Below are positions 1-11,968 of a stretch of DNA of 64,000 nucleotides, piece after piece (position 1 is the stretch's first letter; every line of letters begins with the position of its first letter). Source of the DNA: Macrostomum lignano. Its lineage: Eukaryota. The stretch is from the NCBI GenBank assembly GCA_002269645.1, contig NIVC01001708.1:62001-126000 (forward strand). Reading direction: 5' to 3'. The notes under the pieces are model-generated. The model was not told the origin of the DNA. It searched no databases and worked only from the letters and a program-made list of their open reading frames with translations. The position numbers and the translations under genes were made by a program.

Positions 1-165
1 AAGCTTGAAAACTTGCACTTGCCCATTTTTTGTCCCACATATCGATCAAAGTTGGGCCTTTGTGGAAGGACCATTTTTTGTGTTGCTTTTTTGTCCCACA
101 ACGCGCCTGGGCAAGCCCCCGAGATTCGCAGTCTATATTCTATATGGTCTGTGGATAGAGGCTTT

Positions 166-190
166 GCGGGCCGGAGTTTGCCCACCCCTG
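166..190 (-). mobile_element. hAT/Charlie-like terminal sequence (also at ~7480-7504)
   Basis: Minus strand reads CAGGGGTGGGCAAACTCCGGCCCGC, resembling hAT-Charlie TIRs; no partner end found. Confidence 0.3.
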
Positions 191-204
191 CCTTTAGAAG
201 AAAC

Positions 205-787
205 TCATGGCAATGCCACTGAAAATTATATACTACCGGTACATTTAACATTCACATCACTACTTACTGCAACCGGAGCTGCGTTCCCGTAATCGCAGCG
301 GCGATGGAAATCTGAGCAGACCGTGCAGGTAACACTTTCGCTTCCAACTGCTGCTGCTGGCGCCGCCACTGCCGCAACTATAGTCGCTATCAAAGTGCGG
401 CAAATCGACTAGAAATGACAAGTGAACGCGAATTAGTTCGCGGAATTTATCGGGACAGGCGTGGCGAAAATTTAGCATCGACTGCAGCAACTGACGATCT
501 GACTCGGTGGACACGTTCAGCACAGCGTTGAGACGCTGACAGTAGCTTGTTACTGCGCGATCCTAATAAGGTGAGGCGAAAGAGGAATTGATGTTTGATG
601 GATTTAATCTGAAGACTGATGCTTTAATATGTTTATAACACTCAATCATAGTTCATAGTTCAATCATATCAACAGCTACAATCTCCATGTATACAAAGTT
701 AAAAAAGCCAGCTAGTTGTACTCATACCGGTTGAGAAGTTTCCATGTCCATTCGTACGATTGTTGTTCCACACGAGATTAGAGTCAT
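205..787 (-). CDS. Putative small 3-exon protein of unknown function (~122 aa), copy 1
   Basis: Exons 787-728, 562-268 and 218-205 with canonical sites (ccg|gtatga, ttattag|gat, tgca|gtaagt, ttttcag|tg) and consistent phases. Reads MTLISCGTTIVRMDMETSQPDRAVTSYCQRLNAVLNV...WKRKCYLHGLLRFP...GCMALP*. Confidence 0.45.
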
Positions 788-1529
788 TCGTGCAAATCGT
801 GCAAGTTCTCTTGTCTCTTAAAGTGGCGATTTTAAAATAAAAACTTCGATACAGATTTTCGAAGCTATTAGCTAGGTCAAGTCAAGGAGTTAAAAAATCT
901 TTTTTTCAAAGACTCGAACCTTTTAAACGGTTTTTCATTTCAATTCTTTACGAGTAGTTTCCTGTCTTTGATTGGATGAGACTTCTGTCAAATAAGCTGT
1001 GAGGAAAATTTCTAGACTGGTAATATACAAACTTGCCCTTTACTACTTTCAATAGAATAATTTGTATACTGCTCCTTAGATCTTTAAAAGGGAGAACGCG
1101 ACAAGTCTAATAATCTATACGTACATATTTTTTACATGTAGTTCGAGATTCGGACCCTTTCTATATACTAAAAATGATCTTCCTAAAACTGATGGCGAAA
1201 CATGCGTTGGGGTCCTGATCATGGTACTTTCTACCTCTGCCCAGTCTCTTTAGCACAATTTTCCTCTGCAGCTGGTAGCACACCATGGTTTCTTCAATCT
1301 ATCCTTTTTTACCGGCCTCGATCCGTTCTATATAAATGAACCTTTATAGCCATAGATGCATACTAAAATTGAATATGAATTAAACCTATGTTAAGAAAAT
1401 ATATCAAAGGTAGCTTAAAGTGGTGGCCCTGGTCCACTGCCCCACATTCTGACGCCTTATATGCCCCTATATCTATATTTCCACGCGCTATTATAGGCTT
1501 TTTTTAGCTGTTCAAAGCTGCATGGGAAG

Positions 1530-2014
1530 CATAGGCGTAGATACGTTTCAAAAAGTGGGGGGTGGGGCAGGTTCAGTGGCGGATTTAGGAGGGGGGTGCA
1601 CAGGGCGCATGCTCCCGTCGAGTTAGATTTTTTAGATGGAAAAGCTAGGCACATTATCATGTACCGATTATTTTCAGAATCCGTCTTGTCAGCACTAAAC
1701 GCAGGCAATCATTTTATAGCGCCGCAAGCACTCATTTTAGCGCTGCAGGCACTCATTTTAGAACTGCAGGCACTCATTTTAGCGCCGCAAGCACTCATTT
1801 TAGCGCTGCAGGCACTCATTTTAGCGCTGCAGGTGCTATGTTTTGTCGCCCTGCAGCAAAATGCATTCATGCAAAGCAGCAATTAAAAACCAAAAATAAG
1901 CAAAAAGTCTGCATTTTACATTTAAAATGTGGAGGGGCCAGATACCTTTACTGCCACCCCCATTTTAAAGAGTGGGGGCATGGCCCCACCGGCCCCCTCG
2001 TTCTTACGCCTATG
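1530..2014. mobile_element. hAT-type MITE with internal 21-bp tandem repeat, copy 1
   Basis: TIR cataggcgta...tacgcctatg; 8-bp TSD atgggaag/gtgggaag; internal (gcaggcactcattttagcgct)n. Confidence 0.75.
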
Positions 2015-2402
2015 GTGGGAAGAAAAAAAGTTGAATTTCATTTTTCAAGCTCGTTAACTTCATGAACTGAGCAATTCGAAAATAAAATAGTAAAATTCGT
2101 ACTCTTTAGGGCTTTAAGGCAAATAGATTCATTTTTTAACACGTCAATAAATTACATTTGGAAGTGATGGTTTTGATTTATTAGGCTTGGGCTGTGCCCC
2201 CCCCCCTAAGATTTGTTAAGAACAAGGTTTTTCTAACTGCATTTTAAAATAACTCCTAGTTCGACTAATAACTAATAATAAAGACGACTAATAAAGGCCC
2301 GACCTTTCAGATTTCTTTCCATGTACATTTAGGAACAAAAAATTCTTAACAACCCTCCTAAAACTGAAATGCGAGATTACACCCAACTTTTTTTCTCAAG
2401 AA

Positions 2403-2500
2403 CCATGTAAAATGTGTGGAGCGCGAAATGGTTCTGATATTCTACACTACTTGACCGAATGTCCACAAACTGAAGAGATCAGGAAAAAATACTTCTGTCA
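2403..2500 (+). mobile_element. 3' fragment of a non-LTR retrotransposon (CCHC zinc knuckle)
   Basis: Translates CKMCGARNGSDILHYLTECP, the Cx2C...Hx4C pattern typical of LINE C-termini. Confidence 0.5.
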
Positions 2501-5048
2501 ATACCTCTTAAATAGCAATCAAATACACAAGATAGGATATGCTACAAACTTTACTAGCTTTACTAGAAAAGTCCTTCAACCTTCGGCAACTTCTTTTTCT
2601 GAGTTGCCTATTATTAGGCCCTATGCCATTTAGTGAGCTCAGTGGACTATTGACTGCTATGGACTAACTTGTTTTAACTTAGTGAGTCGATTTTAACTAA
2701 AAATAATTTAACACAGGTAACTAGGATTATGCCTTTAATTAATTGTTTGTGCTATGTAATTTTTGGGTACTTCTGGGTCACCCTTTATGTTTAGGAATTT
2801 AGGATTTTTGTGGTTAACTATCAGTATCAATCAAGTTCAACCAACCAAACCCAACCAAACATATGCCAATGTTTTGGTTGGTTAGGCCCCTACAAAAATG
2901 GACAATTGAGCTTTGTGTTTTGACTGTTTTTTCTTTGTCCTGTCAATTCCAAATTTCTATTATTTCATTTGTTAGTCTAGATAGTTATTTTATTGATTAG
3001 GCCTTAGGCTTAGGGCCTAGATTAGCCTAGGACCTATTTTTAATGGCATGGCAGTTGTTATTGTTATTGAGACCCTATGCCCTATTGGAAAAAGTTGCTA
3101 AATGGTGGATGCCTGTCTGGCATATATTTAAAATGACCCTGCAGTGCAACACATTTTCTGTAAGGTAGCACTTGGTACAGCCGCAATGCAAACTACAGTG
3201 TGACATTGACACTTGGGACCAGGCTTGGAATCAATTTCAAAGACTCAAAATGACCATAGGTCTACCCCATACACAGAATGCAAATGGCCTAATAAATGTC
3301 AAAAGTTGGCAAAGTTTTTTGGCATGCTCTTTGTAGTAATATTGTTTTGTTAGTATGCTACCATTGTTAGAGCAATATAAAGTAGGGTTTAGGCCTAGGC
3401 CTACCAAAAAGGAAAAAAGGTCTTTTATTTATCCAATTTACAAAAAGGATCCTTTATTGTTGCAATGCTTCCTAGGCCTTGGTGCATACTTGGTCACCTT
3501 TTGATCTTTGATGTAGCCTATATACCTTAGAGAATAACCCTTTAGCATACTTTTGTTTTATAATATTTGTTATTATTGTACTATTATTTTGATATAGCAA
3601 TCCTTTAGTTTTGCAAATTTGATTATTATTTTTAGCTTAAGCCACAGGTTAGCAAACTCAGTCTGCAAAACCTCTCTATTCGGCCCTTTGATAAAATAGT
3701 TGGATGTATAAAATTAAAGGATTGCTTTGATAATTGCCTTAGACATTTATCTATAATAACTAGTCTGAAGACCTTAATACCAAAAGGCTTATTGCAACTA
3801 AGAGGTGTTTTTATTGATAGTAGACCTAGTCTAGCAAAATAAAAAAGCAATTGCATTGACATGTTAAGGTTAAAATATTTATATAAAATATTGTGCATTT
3901 TAATAAGTTTATCTCTCTAGCTACATATGAGTTATAAACATAGAACTTTTGACAATTGCTAAGTATAATTCCAGCTGACTTTAAAATGTCAAAATCAATT
4001 ACTTTTGTTATTTCCAAAAAGGTTTGCATATATCTATGTATGGTACTATTTGCTATTTTTATTTTTAACCCTGTAATATATATCTTAATATATCTAAAGG
4101 TCATAGTAAATTTTTGTATTGTTTTTTTGCATAGGCCTAAAGTGTCAAAACTGGCTAAAAACTAACTTGAAAATAATAATTATGCCATAACCCAAAAACC
4201 TAGTGGCTAAACCCAACCGACCTAACCCCCAAACCCAGTGCTCTAATCCCAAACACTATACCCCCTCCCAAACCCCAAACCCAGTATCAAAACCTGACTC
4301 TGAACCCCAACTCAACCCTAAACCCTAAATACCTACTATAAATGTTTTGACTAAGTATCATAATGTTCAACTTGTTTTACTAAATATGTATTTAACTATA
4401 AATTATAAAAAAGCCTTGCTAATCAATTCAAATGGAACCTAAGTTAAGAATTAAAACTATCTATCTAATATCAACTAAGTTCTTTTTTTTTTGCTAATAT
4501 CATGGCAGTATTAGAATTGTCTTTATATCTAGTTGCTAACAAGCTAACAATTAGCTAACAATTCTATAATATAATATAAATGTAGGTGTAGCATACTAGT
4601 ATCTACTCTTTGAATGTATACCTGTTGATATTTGGTAGTTAGATTAATATAAGTCAAATATTGATAATACATTGTTATTGCATGTATGGATTTTCTATGC
4701 CAAATTTTTAGTACAATACTTAAAAAATTATTATGACACCTTAAAAATGTTCATGTTAGACTAACATTTTGAATTTGTATCTTTATTGGTTAGAAAGCTC
4801 TGGATTAGTAATATTGCCTAGTTATCAGAGGGCAGGCTTGGATTCCAGTCTTACACAATCTAAAATTGATCCTTTTCAGTTTAATAATGTGTGATATATA
4901 AGTAAAGGTATAGTCATCCCAGCCACATTATCTCGAAATCCTAGGATTGTAGCTACAAGCTATAATATAGTAGTACTTTATCCTTGTCTCAACTGTGCTT
5001 CCATTGCTATTAAAAGTATTGTAATGCAATCATCCCAATCTTCTCCAG

Positions 5049-5423
5049 GCTTCCCCAGCCAAATCAGCCCGCCGTTTTGGCGGCGTAAAGTTGGCCTTGC
5101 CATTAAACTTCGCTGAGGCCATTGAGGCCGCCACTAGGGCCGCAAAACTGACTGACACTATTAGCCAGTCGCAGAGTCTGGCCGATGTTGCCGCATTTAG
5201 CGTCGATGGCGTCACAATGACGGCTCGAGCCACCGACTTTGACAGTCTGGACGAGCTCGGTAGCGGACGATTCGGCGTTGTCGACCGCGTGATTCACCGC
5301 GACTCTGGCTGCCTGTTTGCTCGGAAGCGAATCCGGCTGTCCTTTGATCAGCAGGAGCACGAGCTGCAGCAGCGCGAGATTAGCGTCCTCAAACCCACTG
5401 ATGAGCAGTATGACACCAACTGA
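5049..5423 (+). pseudogene. MAP2K6: MKK3/6-like MAP2K copy 1, 5' exon truncated by internal deletion
   Basis: Identical to 13474-13817, then jumps at 5392/5393 into the intron-2 minisatellite, giving ...SVLKPTDEQYDTN*. HRD, DFG and the activation loop are absent. Confidence 0.85.
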
Positions 5424-5717
5424 TGAACCAGTATGACACCCACTGATGAACCAGTATGACACCCACTGATGAGCAGTATGACACCCACTGATGAGCAGTA
5501 TGACACCCACTGATGAACCAGTATGACACCCACTGATGAGCAGTATGACACCCACTGATGAGCCAGTATGACACCCACTGATGAACCAGTATGACACCCA
5601 CTGATGAACCAGTATGACACCCACTGATGAACCAGTATGACACCCACTGATGAACCAGTATGACACCAACTGATGAACCAGTATGACACCAACTGATGAA
5701 CCAGTATGACACCCACG
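5393..5717. repeat. ~22-23-bp minisatellite (gacacccactgatgagcagtat) in MAP2K copy 1
   Basis: Direct tandem units; arrangement differs from the array at 15192-16317. Confidence 0.95.
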
Positions 5718-5796
5718 GAGGAAGCTGCATACGCTACTAACTGTGAGATCAGTCGGCAGGCATTCGCTAACTCTACCGCCCCCTTCCACTGCGCAG

Positions 5797-6072
5797 GTGC
5801 AGCACCTGACCGAAGACCCGCCACCGTCGCTTTCGGCCGAGGCCGCAGCCGGCCGGTTCCCACAGGAGCTGAACGACTTTTTATCCTGCTGTTTGGCCAA
5901 GAAGGCGAAGGATCGTTGGCGACTTCCCCAGTTACTGGAGCACCCCTATGTAGGCGGGGTGGTTGCTATGGAAACCGAACTGCGAGACCGCACAGGTCAG
6001 TTTGTTTGCAGCGTGCTCGACCGGTGCGATAGCAGCAGTCTGGCGGCGGTTGGCGTCACAGTTAAAGAATGA
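5797..6072 (+). pseudogene. MAP2K6: MKK3/6-like MAP2K copy 1, last exon
   Basis: Same acceptor (tgcgcag|gtg) and same translation as 16398-16673. Confidence 0.85.
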
Positions 6073-6620
6073 ATGATGCTATTTGATATTTGCCATGCTG
6101 ACTGACTGCGAATTTCGAGCTCAATAATGTGCCATTTTGTTTTAAAACCTGTTTTTTAGTTTATTTTTTATATTCTAGATTTTTGAATAATCACTCAGTA
6201 ACTATACTTCTTCTCTCGTATCGAAGTCCTTTATGTACTCTTTTTTAACTTTTGCTATGTCCTGTTTTTCTGCCATTGTGACGACGTTATACTATTCCAG
6301 TGAACATTTTTGCTGAATAATTTTCTGCAGTATTGGAGTAAAATTACGCTTTTACAGTGTGTCATTAGTAAGGTTGTTCCAATTTTTAGAAGAAAACAAA
6401 TTAACATTTTCGAACAGTAATCAATATTCTCACCATTGGTTCTCAATTGTGTTTTTTCTATTGCCAAAGATTGAAGCTTTGTCTTCATTAGCCATTGCCT
6501 TCATTAGCTCTAACATGATCCGTTTTACTTTTTAGATTGCCGCTTTAATAGTATGCCATTGTACTGTTATCAAACTGCTATCCGATTTTGTTGTTTATAG
6601 CTTTGATAATTTAAAGTGTG

Positions 6621-6662
6621 GATAGATAGATAAATAGATAGATAGATAGATAGATAGATAGG

Positions 6663-6701
<39 letters not shown>

Positions 6702-6810
6702 GTAGATAGGTAGATAGGTAGATAGATAGGTAGATAGATAGGTAGATAGATAGATAGATAGATAGATAGGTAGATAGGTAGATAGGTAGATAGATAGGTA
6801 GATAGATAGG

Positions 6811-6845
<35 letters not shown>

Positions 6846-6973
6846 GTAGATAGGTAGATAGGTAGATAGATAGATAGATAGGTAGATAGATAGATAGATA
6901 GATAGGTAGATAGGTAGATAGGTAGATAGATAGATAGATAGGTAGATAGATAGATAGATGGATAGAGATAGAT
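6621..6973. repeat. (GATA)n/(GGTA)n microsatellite
   Basis: Visible tandem repeat. Confidence 0.98.
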
Positions 6974-7518
6974 CAACTAATAGGTAGATAAGCAGCTAAA
7001 TTACTAGCGAGAGACTACCGAGTGGTTCATTGTTATCTATTTGATAAATTCCTTTAAATATCACTCAACGCCCGTTGTTCTCCCCAGCTCCATTTTCTCT
7101 TTCTCCTTTTTGATACACTATAGAAGCTGGCTGAGGCTGCATGGATAAGAATGCTTTAATTGGTTTTTTGCTGGATATTTTTGCAAGGAACTTGTAATTC
7201 AAATCAAATTCAATTTCAATTAAATTCAATTCAATTCAATCAATTCAATTCAAATCTAATTTACATTTATTTTGCCTCCCTGGGATTTTAAACTCTTTAT
7301 AATAAGTAAATTTCAAGCTTGAAAACTTGCACTTGCCCATTTTTTGTCCCACATATCGATCGAAGTTGGGCCTTTGTGGAAGGACCATTTTTTGTGTTGC
7401 TTTTTTGTCCCACAACGCGCCTGGGCAAGCCCCCGAGATTCGCAGTCTATATTCTATATGGTCTGTGGATAGAGGCTTTGCGGGCCGGAGTTTGCCCACC
7501 CCTGCCTTTAGAAGAAAC

Positions 7519-8098
7519 TCATGGCAATGCCACTGAAAATTATATACTACCGGTACATTTAACATTCACATCACTACTTACTGCAACCGGAGCTGCGTTC
7601 CCGTAATCGCAGCGGCGATGGAAATCTGAGCAGACCGTGCAGGTAACACTTTCGCTTCCAACTGCTGCTGCTGGCGCCGCCACTGCCGCAACTATAGTCG
7701 CTATCAAAGTGCGGCAAATCGACTAGAAATGACAAGTGAACGCGAATTAGTTCGCGGAATTTATCGGGACAGGCGTGGCGAAAATTTAGCATCGACTGCA
7801 GCAACTGACGATCTGACTCGGTGGACACGTTCAGCACAGCGTTGAGACGCTGACAGTAGCTTGTTACTGCGCGATCCTAATAAGGTGAGGCGAAAGAGGA
7901 ATTGATGTTTGATGGATTTAATCTGAAGACTGATGCTTTATGTTTATAACACTCAATAATAGTTCATAGTTCAATCATATCAACAGCTACAATCTCCATG
8001 TATACAAAGTTAAAAAAGCCAGCTAGTTGTACTCATACCGGTTGAGAAGTTTCCATGTCCATTCGTACGATTGTTGTTCCACACGAGATTAGAGTCAT
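7519..8098 (-). CDS. Putative small 3-exon protein of unknown function, copy 2
   Basis: Exons 8098-8039, 7876-7582 and 7532-7519; the main-exon translation is identical to copy 1. Confidence 0.45.
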
Positions 8099-8866
8099 TC
8101 GTGCAAATCGTGCAAGTTCTCTTGTCTCTTAAAGTGGCGATTTTAAAATAAAAACTTCGATACAGATTTTCGAAGCTACCAGGTATTAGCTAATCAAGTC
8201 AAGGAGTTAAAAAACCTTTTTTTTCAAAGACTCGAACCTTTTAAACGGTTTTTCATTTCAATTTTTTACGAGTAGCTTCCTGTCTCCGATTGGATGAGAC
8301 TTCTGTCAAATAAGCTGTGAGGAAAATTTCTAGACTGGTAATATACAAACTTGCCCTTTACTACTTTCAATAGAACAGTTTGTATACTGCTCCTTTAGAT
8401 CTTTAAAAGGGGAGAACGCGGCAAGTCTAATCTATACATGTACATATTTTTTACATGTACTTCGAGATTCAGACGAGATTCGATATATACTAAAAGTTAT
8501 CTCCTAAAACTGATGGCGAAACATGCGTTGGGGTCCTGATCATGGTACTTTCTACCTCTGCCCAGTCTCTTTAGCACAATTTTCCTCTGCAGCTGGTAGC
8601 ACACCATGGTTTCTTCAATCTATCCTTTTTTACCGGCCTCGATCCGTTCTATATAAATGAAACTTTATAGCCATTAGATGCATACTAAAGTTGAATATGA
8701 ATTAAACCTATGTAAAGAAAATACATCAAAGGTAGCTTAAAGTGGTGGCCCTGGTCCACTGCCCCACATTCTGACGCCTTATATGCCCCAATATCTATTA
8801 TTTCCACGCGCTATTATAGGCTTAATTTTTTTAGCTGTTCAAAGCTGCCGTTAGCTGCGTGGGAAG

Positions 8867-9305
8867 CATAGGCGTAGGAACGTTTCAAAAAGTGGGGGGT
8901 GGGGCAAGTTCAGTGGCGGATTTAGGGGGGGGGGGTGCACAGGGCGCATGCCCCCGTCGAGATAGATTTTTTATATGGAAAAGGCACATTATCCCGTTTC
9001 TTTTCAGAATCCGTCTTGTCAGCACTAAACGCAGGCAATCATTTTATAGCGCCGCAGGCCCGCAGGCACTCATTTTAGCGCTGCAGGCACTCATTTTAGC
9101 GCCGCAGCCACTCATTTTAGCACTGCAGGTGCTATGTTTTGTCGCCCTGCATCAAAATGCATTCATGCAAATCAGCAAAAACCAAAAATAAGCAAAAAGT
9201 CTGCATTTTACATTTAAAATGTGGAGGGGCCAGATACCTTTACTGCCACCTCCATTTTAAAGAGTGGGGGCATGGCCCCACCGGCCCCCCGTTCTTACGC
9301 CTATG
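8867..9305. mobile_element. hAT-type MITE, copy 2
   Basis: Same TIRs; TSD gtgggaag/atgggaag; fewer internal repeats. Confidence 0.75.
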
Positions 9306-9797
9306 ATGGGAAGAAAAAAAGTTGAATTTCATTTTTCAAGCTCGTTAACTTCATGAACTGAGCAATTCGAAAATAAAATAGTACAATTCCCACTCTTTAG
9401 GGCATTAAGGCAAATAGATTCATTTTTTTACACGTCAATAAATTACAATAGGAAGTGATGGTGTTGATTTATTGGGCTTGGGCTGTGCCCCCCCCCCCCT
9501 AAGATTTGTTAAGAACAAGGTTTTTCTAACTGCATTTTAAAATAACTCACTAACGACTAATTTGAAGATCTCAAAAAAATTTGAGATCTGATATTAAGGC
9601 CTATAAAATTTTGAATCCAAAACTTTCGGATACAACATGTGACGGTCGACAAAAGAACTAATGCAGAGCACACTGCAGAGTGACCCAAAGGTAGCTGACA
9701 TTTTTTAATTGGGCATAATCCTAGTTTTCCGCGTTAAATTATTTTGAGTTAAAAATTGACTTAAACAATTTAATCCATAAGTTAATCTTTGGATCTC

Positions 9798-10185
9798 TAA
9801 CTTAAACAAGTTAATCCATAATCCATAGCACTCAATAGTCCACTGAGCTCACTAAATGGCATAATAATGAGCAACTTAAAAATAGTTGGAAACTAAGAAC
9901 TTTGCAAATGAATGCCATTGAAAGGACCTGGGCGCATGTCAAGGCAAAGTTCAAGAACATGTATGGCACCAGCGACGACCTATTCGATTTGCGCCTTTGG
10001 CACCACCTCTGGCACCACCTCTGGCTTAAACGAGTACCTCTGGCACCACCTCTAGCTTAAAGGCTTTACCTAGAAAAGTCCTTCGACCTTCGGCAACTTC
10101 TTGTTCTGAGTTGCCTATTATTATGCCATTAAGTGAGCTCAGTGGACTATTGACTGCTATGGATGGACTAACTTGTTTTAACTTA
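9798..10185 (+). mobile_element. Inverted-repeat-bounded relic containing a Merlin/IS1595-like transposase fragment
   Basis: Imperfect ~80-bp inverted repeat (9798-9876 vs 10109-10185) enclosing NAIERTWAHVKAKFKNMYGTSDDLFD, which resembles the ISXO2/IS1595 C-terminal motif. Confidence 0.5.
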
Positions 10186-11968
10186 GTGAGTCGATTTTTA
10201 ACTAAAAATAATTTATTACAGGAAACTAGGATGCCTGTTATGCCTTTAACTAATTGTTTGTGCTAAGTAATTTTTGGGTACTTCTGGGTCACCCTGTATG
10301 TTTAGGATTTTTGCGGTTAACTATCAGTATCAATCAACAAACCAAGGCCCAAGCCCAACTAAAAATATGCCAATGTTTTAGTTGGTTAGGCCCTTACAAA
10401 AATAGACAGTTGAGCTTTGTGTTTCAATTGTTTTTTCTTTGACCTGTCAATTCCCAATGTAATGTATATTATTTTATTCAAGTTAGTCTAGATAGTTATC
10501 TTATTGATTAGGCCGTAGGCTTAGGGTCTAGATTAGCCTAGAACCTATTTTTAATGGCATGGCAGTTGTTATTGTTATTGAGACCCTATGCCCTATTGGA
10601 AAAAAGTTGCTAAATGGTGGATGCCTGTCTGGCATAAATTTAAAATGACCCTGCAGTGCAACACATTTTTCTGTAAGGTAGGCCTAACACTTGGTGTAGC
10701 CGCAATGTAGACTACAATGTGACATTAGGGCCTAACACTTAGGACTATGCTTGGAATCAATGTCAAAGACTCAATATGGCCATAGGTCTACCCCATACAC
10801 AATGCAAATGGCCTAATAAATGTCAAAAGTTGGCAAAGTTTTTTGGCATGTTCTTTGTAGTAGTGCTGTTTTGTTAGTATGCTACTATTGTTAGAGCAAT
10901 ATAAAGTAGGGTTTAGGCCTAGGCCTACCAAAAAGGAAAAAGACCTTTTATTAATCTAATTACAAAAAGGATCCTTTATTGTTGCAATGCTTCCTAGGCC
11001 TTGGTATATACTTGGTGACCTTTTGATGTAGCCTATATACCTTAAAAAGTGACCCTTTAGTATACTTTTGTTTTATATTATTTGTTAATATTGTTCTATT
11101 ATTTTGATATAGCAATCCTTTAGTTTTGCAAATTTGATTATTATTTTTCAGCTTAAGCCACAGGTTAGCAAATTCCAGTCTGCAAAGCCTCTTTATTTGG
11201 CCCTTTGATAAAATAGTTGGATATATAAAATTAAAGGATTGCTTTGATAATTGCCTTAGACATTTATCTATAACTAGTCTAAAGACCTTAATACCAAAAG
11301 GCTTATTGTAGCTAAGAGGTGTTTTTATTGATAGTAGGCCTAGTCTAGCAAAATAAAAAAGTCATTGCATTGACATGTTAAGGTTAAAATATTTGTATAA
11401 AATATTGTGCATTTTAATAAGTTTATCTCTCTAACTACATATGAGTTGTAAACATAGAACTTTTGACAATTGCTAAGTATAATTCCAGCTGACTTAAAAT
11501 ATCAAAATCAATTACTTTTGTTATTTCCAAAAAGGTTTGCATATATCTATGTATAGTACTATTTGCTATTTTTATTTTAACCCATTGTAATATATATCTT
11601 AATATATCTAAAAGTCATAGTAATTTTTTGCATTGTTTTTTTGCATAGACCTAAAGTGTCAAAACTGGCTAAAAACTAACTTAAAAAAAATAATAATGCT
11701 AAAACCGAAAAACCCACTAGCTAAACCCGACTGACCCAAGCCCCAAACCCATTGCTCTAATCCCAAACCCTGACTCAACCCTATACCCCCCAAATCCCAA
11801 ACCCCAAGTATCAAAACCTGACTCTGAACCCCAACCCAACCCTAAACCCTAAATACCCTTACTATAAATGTTTTAACTAAGTATCATAAAGTTCAACTTG
11901 TTTTACTAAATATGTGTTTAACTATAAATTATAAAAAAGCTTTGCTAATCAGTTCAAATGGAACCTAA

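Larger units (their letters stand above)
1..7095. repeat. Tandem segmental duplication, copy 1 (left end outside window)
   Basis: Position 1 matches 7315 (offset 7314; ORFs 5..292 and 7319..7606 near-identical). Similarity continues, with indels, to 'ctccattt' at 7095, matching 18030. Confidence 0.95.

Noticed and set aside
1175-1225. ctgatggcgaaacatgcgt resembling a Penelope-type minimal hammerhead (also ~8505-8535)
   Set aside because: Core is CTGATGG, stem II is absent and I cannot build a convincing stem I; at most a decayed relic.
4195-4335. Telomere-like ccctaa/aaaccc runs (also ~11700-11860)
   Set aside because: Highly degenerate C-rich low-complexity sequence, not a true telomeric array.
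5393-5717. CRISPR-like regular repeats (here and at other arrays)
   Set aside because: No unique spacers and no cas genes; eukaryotic minisatellites.
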